This document shows, one piece after another, positions 50,231 to 62,227 of a stretch of DNA of 64,000 bases; within the stretch, counting starts at the first letter, position 1, and every line of letters starts with the position of its first letter. The notes below the pieces were generated by a model that had not been told where the DNA came from, did no database searches, and worked only from the letters and a program-made list of their open reading frames with translations. Location: NCBI GenBank assembly GCA_051313645.2, contig JBNRSN020000021.1, positions 8,804,001 through 8,868,000 on the forward strand, read 5' to 3'. Both the position numbers and the translations under genes were made by a program. Source of the stretch: Centroscyllium fabricii. Its lineage: Eukaryota.

Positions 50231-50584
50231 AGAATCATAGAATCATAGAATCCATACAGTGCAGATAGAGGCCCTTTCGGCCCATCGAGCCTGCACCGAC
50301 ACTTATCCCACCCTATCCCGGTAACCCCCACATATCCCACCCTATCCCCATAACCCCCACATATATTTAATCCCCCTAACACTAAGGGTCAATTTATCCT
50401 GGCCAATCAACCTAACCCGCACATCTTTGGACTGTGGAAGGAAACCAGAGCCCCCGGAGGAAACCCACGCAGACACGGGGAGAATGTGCAAACTCCACAC
50501 AGATAGTACCCGAGGCTGGATTTGAACCCGGGTCTCCAGTGCTGTGAGACAACAGTGCTAACCACTATGCCACCGTGCCGCCCC
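50231..50584 (-). mobile_element. V-SINE (tail A)
   Basis: full length with a small internal duplication. Confidence 0.9.
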
Positions 50585-50609
50585 AAGAGAGAAGAAAAGT
50601 TTCCTAAAG

Positions 50610-51062
50610 AAAGAAAGACATGCCTTTCACAAGCACCGGACGTCTCGAAGCACTTTACAGCCAATTAAGTACTTTTTGAAGTGGAGTCACTGTTGTAACG
50701 TGGGAAATGCGGCAGCCAATCTGCGTACAGCAAGCTCCCACAAACAGCAATGTGAAAATGACCACACAATCTGTTTTTGTTATGTTGGTTGAGGGAGAAA
50801 TATTGGCCAGGACACCGGGGATAACTCCCCTATTCTCCTTTGAAATAGTGCCATGGGATTGTTTACGTCCACCTGAGAGAGCAGTCGGTTTAATGTCTCA
50901 TCCGAAAAACGGCATCTCTGACAGATCAGCACTCCCTCAGTACCGCACTGCAGTGTCAGCCTAGCTTAATGTGCGCATGTTCCTGGAGTGGGGATGATGA
51001 ACTCACAACCTTCTGATTCAGGGGCGAGAGAGAGTGCTACCAACTGAGCCATAGCTGACACA
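50610..51062 (-). mobile_element. DeuSINE, full length
   Basis: family motifs in reverse. Confidence 0.82.
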
Positions 51063-51099
51063 CCGAGTCATTCAAGGAAGAGCAAATGTTAAAAGGAAC

Positions 51100-51608
51100 A
51101 CACTATAGGAAGGATGTGATTGCTTTGGAGAGGGTGCAGAGGAGATTCACCAGGATGTTACCTGGGCTGGAGCGCTTCAGCTGTGAAGAGAGACTGGACA
51201 GGCTGGGGTTGTTTTCCTTGGAGCAGAGAAGGCTGAGGGGGGACCTGATTGAGGTGTACAAAATTATGAGAGGCATAGATAGGGTAAATAGAAAGAAACA
51301 TTTTCCATTAGTAGAGGGGTCAATAACCAGGGGGCATAGTTTCAAGTAAGGGGCAGGAGGTTTAGAGGGCATTTGAGGAATAACTTTTTCACCCAGAGGG
51401 TGGTTGGCATCTGGAACTCACTGCCTGAAAGGATGGTCGAGGCAGGAACCCTCACAACATTCAAGAAGCATTTAGATGAGCACTTGAAATGCCACAGCAT
51501 ACAAGGCTATGGACCAAGTGCTGGAAAATGGGATTAGAATAGACAGGGCTTGATGGACGGCGTGGACACGATGAGCCGAAGAGCCCCTTTCTGTGCTGTA
51601 TAACTCTG
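51100..51608 (+). mobile_element. CR1 family A 3' end
   Basis: HYRKDVIALERVQRR.. plus tail. Confidence 0.9.
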
Positions 51609-52091
51609 CTCAATAACTCCAAGTATCCCCTTGGGATTTCATAATTGTATTGTTTACAACAACCGGGCAAAAAAAAAATTGTAATGTATAAAAAGTTATT
51701 TTGTGTAGCTGGATTATCTTTGCTCGCAATACAATGAACATGTTTGGCAAGACAGGCATCCCATCCCCAGAGCGTTGCTTCGGTCCACTCTGGTTAATAT
51801 CTCGAGCTGGCTTTATACTTCCAGTTTTTCAGCGGATTACCATCGACAAGAGTCAAATACGTTTAGGTGAATAAACAGGAAGCCCAGAACATTTGGTTAC
51901 CTTGGCAAATGTGACCCAAAGTGGGTTGAAGCTTTAACACCTATTTCAGCAGTTGCTAGAATCAAATCAACAGTCACGTGTGGTCCAGTGAACATCTTAA
52001 AAGTTTTATCAACAAGCTTAGATTTCCGCTGTGCCTCAAACTAACCTTTGTACAATGAATCTCCATTGATTTGCTAGAATTTTCACAGGGC

Positions 52092-52727
52092 GAATTAATT
52101 CACCACTTACCTTACGGCTGCTTTTTACATGTCTAAGTTTTTCACACTTACCCGGACAGAAAATCCTGTAAAAAAACGTAAGTGCAATGCGCACACGCTG
52201 CTGCTCCCGCGCACGCGCTCCACCTCTTCACCCCTTCGTTAAGGGGAACGGAAGTGCCGGTTTCCCGCGCATGCGCCGTGCATGCACGAAACCGGCACTT
52301 TCGTGGGGCTTACGGGTGAGTACCCCGTCCATACTCACGCGTGGAGACCCCAATTTGTTTGTTTTATTGAATTCCTATCATCTTTCCTCAGTCAATAAAA
52401 CATCATGTTTCTTGTATTTATCGCAAACTCGCCTTTATTCCGGTACTTTGCTATTGGCCCAGAAATTGGGGTCTCCACGCGTGAGTACGGACGGGGTACT
52501 CACCCGTAAGCCTCACGAAAGTGCCGGTTTCGTGCATGCACGGCGCATGCGCGGGAAACTGGCACTTCCGTTCCCCTTAACGAAGGGGTGAAGAGGTGGA
52601 GTGCGTGCGCGGGAGCAGCAGCGTGTGCGCATTGCACTTACATTTTTTTACAGGATTTTCTGTCCAGGAAAGTGTGAAAAACTTAGACATGTAAAAAGCA
52701 GCCGTAAGGTAAGTGCTGAATTAATTC
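52092..52727. repeat. 265-bp inverted repeat with 106-bp spacer
   Basis: 52092-52356 is the reverse complement of 52463-52727, few mismatches. Confidence 0.93.
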
Positions 52728-53506
52728 AAATTAAAACACTTTTTCCACAGGTTTATTATTTTTAAATACTGTAATGAAAGGTAAGTTTACTTTTAGCCCC
52801 GTTAGAAAATATAATTCACTTTTCAAAAATTTAAATTGTTTAAAATAGTTATTTCATGTCATTTATAGTTATTTTTAAAATGCGATGTTTTTGAAAAATG
52901 TATTTGAAGTTTCAGTGATGTTTTGGGGCTTGTAGTTTTCATAGTTTTGACAGCATTTCCTGTCAAACTTTATGAATGGAGCATTCTCTGCTCCGATTGG
53001 CTCTCCATGGCCCACGTGATCCCACGCGATCCATCGCACTACCTGCGCCGCTGGGATACGCAAGCACTGCGCGCCGGCAGTTGGAGGAGGCCCAGGACCC
53101 TGTTCCTGGGACTCGGGACAGGGCCACTGGCAAGGCTTGGAAGCTAAGCAGAGCCAGGCCTGGTTAGTACTTGGATGGGTAACCACCAGACAATACCAGG
53201 TGCAGAAAGTCCCGAAAGGAGCCCCGGGGAGGGGCGGTTGGCTGAAGATTGTCGGAATGATGGGAAGATGGAATGGCGGCGCGCACAGACGCAGCGGCTT
53301 TGCTGGACTCTTCGGAGCTTGCAAGATCACATTTCGTTGTTCATGTACTTGTACATTGTATAATGACAATAAAGTTGAATTATTATTATTATTATTATTA
53401 AGGAATGGAATTCCAAGCGGGCCCACCGCTCAACGGCCGGCGCGCAAGTTAAGTGCAGGTTGGAGGCTTGAACCCACGGGAAGCCTCCGACCCGAATTTC
53501 TGGACC
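52456..53506. mobile_element. Harbinger-type MITE (ggcccagaaatt family) containing a 5S SINE
   Basis: ggcccagaaatt / aatttctggacc, TSD att. Confidence 0.8.
53096..53400 (+). mobile_element. 5S-rRNA-derived SINE with Rex1-type tail
   Basis: ggaagctaagcagagccaggcctggttagtacttggatggg..aataccaggtgc resembles 5S nt ~46-110; (tta)n end. Confidence 0.85.
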
Positions 53507-54183
53507 ATTGCAGTACTAGAGGAGCGAGGAAGATCTCGATTATCTGCCAACTCCCATTAGCCGCCGAGGGAATTGGGGTGGGTGGGGGGAAGAGAAGGGT
53601 GCATCCATTCAAATGAATAATGAGGTTACATTATAGTCGTTAGAACGTTCCACACGCAAATACACCGTGTGGTGTGGTATAGAAAGATCCAGCACAGAAA
53701 GAGTCCATTAGCCTATCGTGCCTGTCCTGGCTCTTTGAAGGAGCTTTCCAATTAGTCCCACTCTCCTGCTCTCTCCACCACAGCCCTGCAAATTATTCCG
53801 TAATTTCTCCCAGTTTATCATGGTTTCGAACACCTCTATTAAATCTCTCCTTAACCTTATCTACTCGAAAGGAGAACGTTTCTCAGCTTCTCTAGTCTCT
53901 GCACTACGAAGATCAGGTTGCGATCCCTGATCTGTGTGACCTGACTGTCAAGACATCACAATCGGTTTCAGTGATCCTGGGCTTTGAAGGGTTGCAAATA
54001 AGTGCTTCGAAAGAAATACCTGCATTTCTATAGCACCTTTCATGCCCACCGGGCATCCCAAAGCGCTTTACAGACAATTAAATACTTGATTGAAATATAG
54101 TCACTGTTGTAATGTAGGAAACGTGGCAGCCAATTTACGCACAGCAAGCTCCCACAACAGCAATGTGATAATGACCAGACCTT

Positions 54184-54970
54184 GGGGGCGATTTCCCCAA
54201 CGGGGCGGGAAGCTGGTGGGGATTGGTCGGGTCGTGTTTCTGTCTCGCCCGTCCAAGGGCCTGGAAGCCCGATTTAATTTTCCATTCATTGCTCAATTAA
54301 ATCTCCGCGTGCGGGGAGCCCCTTGTAATTGCCTGAGTCGAGTCGGCAATCAAGGCGCTGGAGCGGGGTGCGAGGAGCTTGACAGACAGTACTAGGGGCT
54401 GTCTGTTGACAGTTCCCATGGAAACAATCCATTGTGACATCACAATGGAGTGCAACCAATCGGAATGGCCAACTGATTTGACTGACAGGTGGACGGGCGG
54501 GCTGCAAGTCTTTGACAGCTAGGGAGCGTCTCTGAATGGATCTGTCAAGGTAAGGTTTTGAAGTTTTTTCTCCACAGCTGGTCTTCACCCAAGGAAGTCA
54601 CTTACACCTCCAGGGTGTTGAAGGCCTGGAAAGCATTCTGCTCTAGGTGATTCAATACCCTGAAGGAGAACGTGATCAAGGCCACTGTGCTCCCGCTGGG
54701 TTTCAACAGCGGGGTTTCACGATGGCGGGGTTTGGGTGGGAAGGGGTTTAAAATAGGTGAGCCCTTAAAATGGCATTATCCAGACCAATTAAGAGCCCTC
54801 AATTACTTAAACGAGCATCCCCGCCGGCGGCGGGCGGGAAAGCTTCAGGACGGCGGGACATGCCGCCCGAAACTGACAAGCCGGCGGCAATCCAGCAAGG
54901 GGGGGGGGGGCAGGACCACCCGGCTCCGTGATTTTAGGCCCCCGCCCCGCCGGAGAGCCGCCCTCGTGGT
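54184..54970. mobile_element. Harbinger-type MITE, diverged
   Basis: colinear with 41661-42446. Confidence 0.72.
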
Positions 54971-56165
54971 ATATGAGTTTCGGCGCTAATTCGGCGCCGG
55001 CCCATTGGCGCCCATTTTCGGCGCAAATGGGCCGGTGCTAACCCGCCAATTTCATGCCCTATGACTCTACGACTGCAGCGGTTCAAGAAGGCGGCTCGCC
55101 TCCAGCTTCTCAAGGGCAATTAGGGATGGGAAATAAATATTGGCCTCGCCGGCGATGCCCACATCCCATAAGCGAATTTTTAAAAAAGGTAACTCGGGGT
55201 TGCTGGCATTCGTATCCCAGCTAAAATAAAACTTTTAGGAGAGGAGACCAGATAAAGTCGGCAGAAAATGAAAGGAGTATTTTTGCAACCCATTCAATTG
55301 TCGCCAGATCAGCATCACACTGGAATCCATCATCTGAAGTGCTTAGCATTGTGATATAGAGCCTGCAACATCCTAATCACCTGTACCAATTACTCACCCC
55401 AGCGCACTATAGTTCAGCTGACACACCAGCTCGCAGCAGGCTGCTGAAATATGGGCATAAATACTGTAATCTAACTGGGGCCTTCCTTTCCCCGCACCAC
55501 TCTCCCATCCCCCCCTCCACCGCCCCCCCAAACCCCCCACCACCACCATCCCTCCCACACAAAGACTCATATAACGTGAGCATATTATAAATGCTGCAAC
55601 TTGACTGGACCTCCCTCCCCCTTTTCACAGAGTCAGCATAACAAAAAGGCAGCAGTGCAGTAATTCACGGGTGAGAAATGCATTCTTGCGCTGACGAGCT
55701 GCAATCGATAGCTGGAGTTTTTCCACCTCTCAAATATGGCTTTGCCCATTCCGAGCTCAATTTCTTTACGCAGCGCAGAACTTTCCGTTTCGTCAAGCAG
55801 GGCAAGGAAATACGATTTGTGTACGCTGTAGAAATTCCGCGCAGTCCGCAACATGGGCGGCACGGTGTGGCATAGTGGTTGGCACTGTTGCCTCACAGCG
55901 CCTCGGCACTGCACTGCGAGCGTCAGCCTAGCTTTATGTGTTCAAGTCCCTGGAGTGGGACTCGAGCCCACAAACCTCCGCCTCAGAAGCGAGTGTGCTA
56001 CGCAAAGCCATTGAGCTTTCCCACCCATTGAGCTGGACTTCAGGTCCGGAAAATAAAGTTTCAAAACATGATTCTCAGAACAAATGCACACGTGCAGTAG
56101 TTGCTGCCAGTGCGAAGGAGTCTGCCGTGCATTGGGAGCGGCCTAATGGGCACATTGGTCTTAAG

Positions 56166-56483
56166 GGCGGCACGGTGGCATAGTGGTTAGCACTGTTGCC
56201 TTACAGCACTGAAGACCCGTGTTCAAATCCAGCCTCGGGTACTATCTGTGTGGAGTTTGCACATTCTCCCCGTGTCTGCGTGGGTTTCCTCCGGGTGCTC
56301 CGGTTTCCTCCCACAGTCCAAAGATGTGTGGGTTAGGTTGATTGGCCAGGATAAATTGACCCTTAGTGTTAGGGGGATTGAATATGTGGGGGTTCCGGGG
56401 ACAGGGTGGGATATGTGTCGGTGCAGGATCGATGGGCCGAAATGGCATCTATCTGCACTGTAGGGATTCTATGATTCTATGAT
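56166..56483 (+). mobile_element. V-SINE (tail A), full length
   Basis: gggcggcacggtggcatagtgg head to attctatgattctatga. Confidence 0.9.
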
Positions 56484-56861
56484 CACCACCTTCTAGTCTC
56501 TGAACCTTGGAGGCAAGCAGAGAGGACGGCACCGGAATCAACAATGATAGGTATGAAATGACAGACTGCATTTGAATAGGTTAGACAATACGAGGGTTGT
56601 AATCTGGTGTGAAATACCTCACGGAAATAATCTATTATTTATTTTTCTCCACTGCTGTCCTGAAGAGGAGGGGTCATTGGTGTGGGGGTTGGGCATCGGC
56701 ACCAGGTGCCCTTTGGTACCTCACCAAAGTGGCTTTTCTTCTGACGTTCAATTGGCCATTCAACTATGGAGGGCGTCACTGCTGAGCACCATGCTGCCCT
56801 CAATGGGAGCCACTCGTTAGGCACCAGGAGCAGGGACGCTGGGCTGACTTTTCCCCCTCAG

Positions 56862-57285
56862 CTTTGGCTCAGTGGGTAGCTCTCTCACCTGTGAGTCAGA
56901 AGGTCATGGGTTCAGCTCCCACTAAAGAGGCTCGAGCACAATATCCAGGCCGACACTCCAGTGCAGTACGGAGGTGCCGTCTTTCGGAGGAGATGCTAGT
57001 CTGCTCTCTCGGGTGGAAGTAAATTCCCACAGCCCTATTTCGACAAAGAGCAATTGAATTTTGCCGGGTGTCCTGACCAATATTTATCACTCAGCCAGTT
57101 ATCAGTAAAATCTAGTCCTCAGCACATTGCTGCTTATGGGACCCTGCTGTGCATAAATTGACTGCCGCGTTCCCAACATTATCGCAGAGACTACACTTCC
57201 GCGGTATTTCACTGGCTGTAAAATACTTTTGGGATACCCCAAGGTCGTGAATGGCGCTATAGAAATGAAAGTCCTTCTTCCATTC
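56862..57285 (+). mobile_element. DeuSINE, diverged
   Basis: head, core and tail recognisable. Confidence 0.72.
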
Positions 57286-57321
57286 ACTAATGCAAGAACA
57301 CAGCGGTCAGTAGTTATAATA

Positions 57322-58023
57322 CAGGTTGAACTTCGTTGATCCGGCATGGCAACTTCGAACGTCCGGCAATAATTTCCCCGACTGCCCTGTGCATGCGCAA
57401 AATGGCCACCGCGATCGATGCTTCGCCGAATGATCTGCGCATGCGCTGCCGAACGGCGAGCGCATGCGCAGATCATTCACAATGGCCGAGCCGATCCCGA
57501 GCCAAGCCTGGCTGCTGCAAACCTCCGTAAGCCTGGCCACTGCGAGCCTCCGTGAGCCTGGCCGCTGCGAGCCTCCCTGAGCCTGGCCGCTGCGAGCCTC
57601 CGTGAGCCTGGCCGCTGCGAGCCTCCCTGAGCCTGGCCGCTGCGAGCCTCCCTGAGCCTGGCCGCTGCGAGCCTCCGTGAGCCTGGCCGCTGCGAGCCTC
57701 CCTGAGCCTGGCCGCTGTGAGCCTCCGTGAGCCTGGCCGCTGCGAGCCTCCGTGAGCCTGGCCGCTGCGAGCCTCCCTGAGCCTGGCCGCTGCGAGCCTC
57801 CGTGAGCCTGGCCGCTGCGAGCCTCCGTGAGCCTGGCCGCTGCGGGTCTCCCTGAGCCTGGCCGCTGCGGGTCTCCCCGAACGATCAGCGCATACGCAGA
57901 CCAGGCCAGCGGCCATTTTGAATGGTCTGCGCATGCGCGCGACAAAACTTCAATCATTCGTGATTTTCACTTGTCCGGTACGGGCCTGGTCCCGCCTGTG
58001 CTGGATTAACAAACTTCAACCTG
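57322..58023. mobile_element. Tigger-like MITE with an internal minisatellite
   Basis: ta-caggttgaa / ttcaacctg-ta. Confidence 0.85.
57504..57878. repeat. 25-bp minisatellite, ~15 units
   Basis: unit gagcctggccgctgcgagcctcc(g/c)t. Confidence 0.92.
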
Positions 58024-58104
58024 TATTGCTTTCAACCGAGCCTGCAATTAGAAAAGTCAGTACAGAGTCCTGCTACTTCTCCGCTTTGTGTGAATCAGGA
58101 CCAT

Positions 58105-58740
58105 CATAAGAACATAAGAAGTAGGAGCAGGAGTAGGCCAACCGGCCCCTCGAGCCTGCTCCGCCATTCAACAAGATCATGGCTGATCTGATCTAACCTT
58201 AATTTTACTTTTATTCTCCATCCCGCCCAAACCCATGTGAAAAACCAGACAAAAACCCAGTGGCCAATTTTAGAGAAAAAATCTGGGAAATTCCTCTCCG
58301 ACCCATCTAGGCGATCGAAAACTGGTCCAGGAGATCACATGGCCGATCTGAACCTAGCCTCACGTCCACTTACCTGCCCGCTCACCATAACCCCTAATTC
58401 CCTTTACTTCCAGGAAACTGTCTATCTCTGTTTTAAATTTATTCAATGTAGTAGCTTCCACAGCTCTCTGGGGCAGCGAAGTCCACAGACCCACCACCTT
58501 CTGACTGAAGAAGTTTCTCCTTCTCTCAGTTTTGAAATGGCAGCCCCTTATTTTAAGATTATGCCCCCTTGTCCTAGTCTCACCCACCATTGGGAACATC
58601 CTCACCGCAGCCACCCGATCAAGCCCTCTCACAATCTTATGTTTCAGTAAGTTCGCCTCTCATTCTTCTGAACTCCAATGAGTAGAGGCCCAATCCACTC
58701 AGCCTCTCCTCATATGTCAGCCCACTCATCCCCGGAATTC
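58105..58740 (-). mobile_element. CR1 family B-like 3' end with a longer 3' UTR
   Basis: ORF 58360-58632 ..GYGERAGKWT; (ttcttatg)n end. Confidence 0.85.
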
Positions 58741-59694
58741 TTTGCACTGCCTCGAGAGCAAGTATGTCCTGGATGGCGTACTTCCCTCAAAAGCCTTTGG
58801 GTCAACCTCGAATTTGACTTTTCAGTCATCCGTCAGCTCTCTTTGTTCCTTCTCCCTCAGCATGGTCCTCCTCCAATTGTTCCATCATTCCCTCTAATTC
58901 TTCTTGGTTACTAATTCCCACTCCCTTCCCTTCGCTGTTTGCTCGGGTGGGTGGCTTTTGTTCATGCGAGCACGTTAAAAAAGAAAAGCACGATCAGAGA
59001 ACGGCAAGAGGTTCATAGTAGGAACAGAGCAGTCGAAAAATGGATCCCCCACACAGAGTCCTTCCACACTAGGGAGATGCCGGTCAATTGTACTTAACAG
59101 CTGCTTGGCCCACACCACTGCCAAAACCCATGTGTTCGGAAGAGGATCTGGTGTCCCGAGAATACATCTGGCACTTGTAATTAATCCCAGCCAGGATGGG
59201 GAGTATATTAAGCATTTGCTCTGGAATCCCAAAGTAACTTTACATTCTTTCAATCTATTTCAGCGGTTTCCAAAGAATTTATCTGCAGTAAAAGCCAAGA
59301 TAATGGCACATCTCCTCTTCACACAATGGGATCCTTGGCATGGACTATGTGCTGTCCTGGCAAATCAAAGAAAATAAACTGAGGACACAAGAGGCCTGGG
59401 GTTTCAAGTTACTGCTGCAAGGCCTTTTAAGTTCTGGTCGCTGTGCAAAGAAATAACGAGCGACCTGACCAAGTACAACAGCATGCTATCGGAAGGGATT
59501 GTAGACCACCCCAAAAAAGGAGTTCGCAAGTTAGCATCAATGGTTCATTCCCTCCACGGATAGCTACTCCATTGACTCAGTTGGTAAAGGGTATGCGCAA
59601 ACGAGCCATTTGATCGCAAGGGTCTGCCTTCGGTTTCATTCCCAACTCGCTGCTAATTGAGTGAATCTTAGGCTGGAGATCAATAAGAATCTTT

Positions 59695-60302
59695 GCGGAA
59701 CACCTCCGTTCAGTCCGTAAGGGGGACCCCGAGCTCCCGGTGGCCTGTCACTTTAAGTATCCACTCCACTCCCATTTAGACCTCACTGTCTGTGGCCTGT
59801 TGCATTGTTCCACGGAAGCCCAACGTAAACTCGAGGAACAGCACCTCATCTTTCGCTTAGGCACTCTATAGCCCCCTGGACTAAACATAGAGTTCAACAA
59901 TTTTAGATCATAACCTCGGCCCCTACCCCACTTTTATATATATATATATTTTCTCTCTTTTTTCAATCCACACATTTGTCTGGGCTTTTTTTTCTTTCTT
60001 TACTCTGCTAGAGCCGTTCACACCTATCCAGAGCCATCCTGTCTTCCTTCAACTTCTCCGAATATCTCTTACCTCCCCCGCCTTCTAGCCTGTTGCTGAT
60101 CATTCCTTTGTTCTTTCAGCCCCCCTCCCCCTTTCCCCAGCGCCCCCTCCCCCTTTCCCCAGCCCCCACAAGCTTTAAAATCTATCACCCCTCCTGGCTT
60201 CTCCAGTTCTGAAGAAAGGTCATCGACCTGAAACGTTAACTCTGTTTCTCTCTCCACTGATGCTGCCTGGCCTGCTGAGTTTCTCCAGCGTTTTCTGTTG
60301 TT
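59695..60302 (+). mobile_element. PLE family 2 3' end
   Basis: AEHLRSVRKGDPELPVACHF..; TSD aataagaatcttt at 59682-59694 and 60303-60315. Confidence 0.88.
60205..60241 (+). ncRNA. minimal hammerhead ribozyme (PLE family 2)
   Basis: aguu-CUGAAGA-a-agguc(auc)gaccu-GAAA-cg-UU-aacu. Confidence 0.8.
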
Positions 60303-60315
60303 AATAAGAATCTTT

Positions 60316-60529
60316 AATGTGGAGGTGCCGGTGTTGGACTGGGGTGGACAAATGCAAGAAGTCACACAACACCATATTATAGTCCAACGGTTTTATTTTA
60401 AATCACAAGCTTTCGGAGCTTCTGCCCCTTCGTCAGGTCTCTTTCACCTGACGAAGGGGCAGAAGCTCCAAAAGCTTGTGATTTAAAATAAAACCGTTGG
60501 ACTATAATCTGGTGTTGTGTGACTTCTTG
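60316..60529. mobile_element. PLE-1 fold-back mini element
   Basis: tail plus two inverted hammerhead regions (the plus copy has GAAA>AAAA). Confidence 0.88.
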
Positions 60530-61719
60530 AATAAGTATCTTATAATTGGCCATTTCAAAAGATGGAGGGGGGGAAAGAGAGTCAGCGCACGCGCACACAA
60601 ATGGCAAGGGCAGGATCTATCTCGGTGTGACGCCTCCATGGTGAATAGCTTACTGTCACTCATTATCTCAGAACACACACAGGTAAGGTTTTGGGAGGTT
60701 GGCTGACACACGTGGCACTGTATCCCAGGATAAAAATCAGTGCCTTCAGAAAAGTGGAGGAAAATTGGGAGGGAGGTGAAGATGAAGAGTGAAGAATCAA
60801 ATCTGCGGAATAAATCCCTTTCACAAAGGTACATTTTTCTATCTATTCCCCCCCGCCCTCTCTCTATCTTACCCAAACAGAAAAGGGAGGTTTAAATGGT
60901 AAAACACCCAAAGCCGTTCGAGGTCACATATAAATGCTCTCACTGCACTATTGGCACACTGGCGTTAACCGGTTTTATAACAGGACAGGGCAAAGCCTGA
61001 GCAACAACAGCCCATACAGGGAGGTGGTGTGTGTGCACGTGTTGAGCTTACATAGGTGACCATCGTCACTTGGAAGCTCTGCCTACCATCCCAATTCTTT
61101 CTGCTCTGAAATATCCTCTTTGTTAGATCCCTCCCTGTAATGGCATTTCAGCTATGCTATTATTATCCAACATTAAAAAAAAAGACAATTAAAAAAAAAA
61201 GTCTGGCACGTTGTCAACCTGTAACAAACCCAGAGATGTTGATTCAAATCTGATCGGATTCTCAACATTTAAGGCAAGCTGGATCAGATAGTTAAAACCT
61301 CCCATAAGGCTTACATTTATCTTTTCATAATCGGATACTAAAACCTGCTCCGTGCATTATGTCTCCTTTAACGTTAATATGGGCTTCTTGGTGAACAGCT
61401 GGAAGATAAAATTACTTTTGCGTTTCAGGGTTGGAGGACTGCGGCTGGATTTGATTCCCATAGCCATCAAGGACTAGGTTCTGGTGTTTTCCATTCCAAT
61501 CTCTTATTTTTGTTCATTCATTCATTTGTATTAATTGTTTGCAGCCGACGATTTTCCTCTTTCTGGCAGCTACTCTCGTGTCTAACTTATCTTGGCACAT
61601 CGCTCTCTGTCTCTGCTGTGTGTTGGCCTTTCCCCATAGGGCTTACTGATTTCCTTAGTATCAAGAAAATTAGTGTAAATCCCATACAGGCATATGGGAT
61701 ACTTTCCTTTATTAGCTGA

Positions 61720-61983
61720 ATGCAAGAAGTCGCACAACACCAGGTTATAGTCCAACAGTTTTATTTGAAATCTCAAGCTTTCGGAGCGCTGCTCCTTCGT
61801 CAGGTGAAGTGAAGAGATGCATATAGGCACAGCGTATATATAGTCAGAGAACAATGCTTCATCTGATGAAGGAGCAGCGCTGTGAAACCTTGTGATTTCA
61901 AATAAAACTGTTGGATTATAACCTGGTGTTGTGTGACTTCTTACATTTGTCCACCCCAGTCCAACACCAGCACCTCCACATCA
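61720..61983. mobile_element. PLE-1 fold-back mini element, followed by V-SINE 61982-62216 (-)
   Basis: inverted arms, tail on the right; TSD ctttattagctga at 61707-61719 and 62228-62240. Confidence 0.87.
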
Positions 61984-62227
61984 TAGAAACATAGAAACTA
62001 GAAGCAGGAGTAGGCCATTCGGACCCTCGAGCCTGCTCCGCCATTCAATGAGATCATGGCTGATCATCCAAACCCAGTACCCCGTCCCTACCCTCTCCCC
62101 ATATCCCTCGATCCCTATCGAGCCTGCACCGACACATATCCCACCCTATCCCCGTAACCCCACATATTTAATCCCCCTAACACTAAGGGTCAATTTATCC
62201 TGGCCAATCAACCTAAACCTATCATGG

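Noticed and set aside
53138-53205. 5S rRNA gene
   Set aside because: 5' third missing, no T-run terminator, continues into a SINE body
57307-57957. 216-aa repetitive ORF
   Set aside because: Read-through of the 25-bp minisatellite
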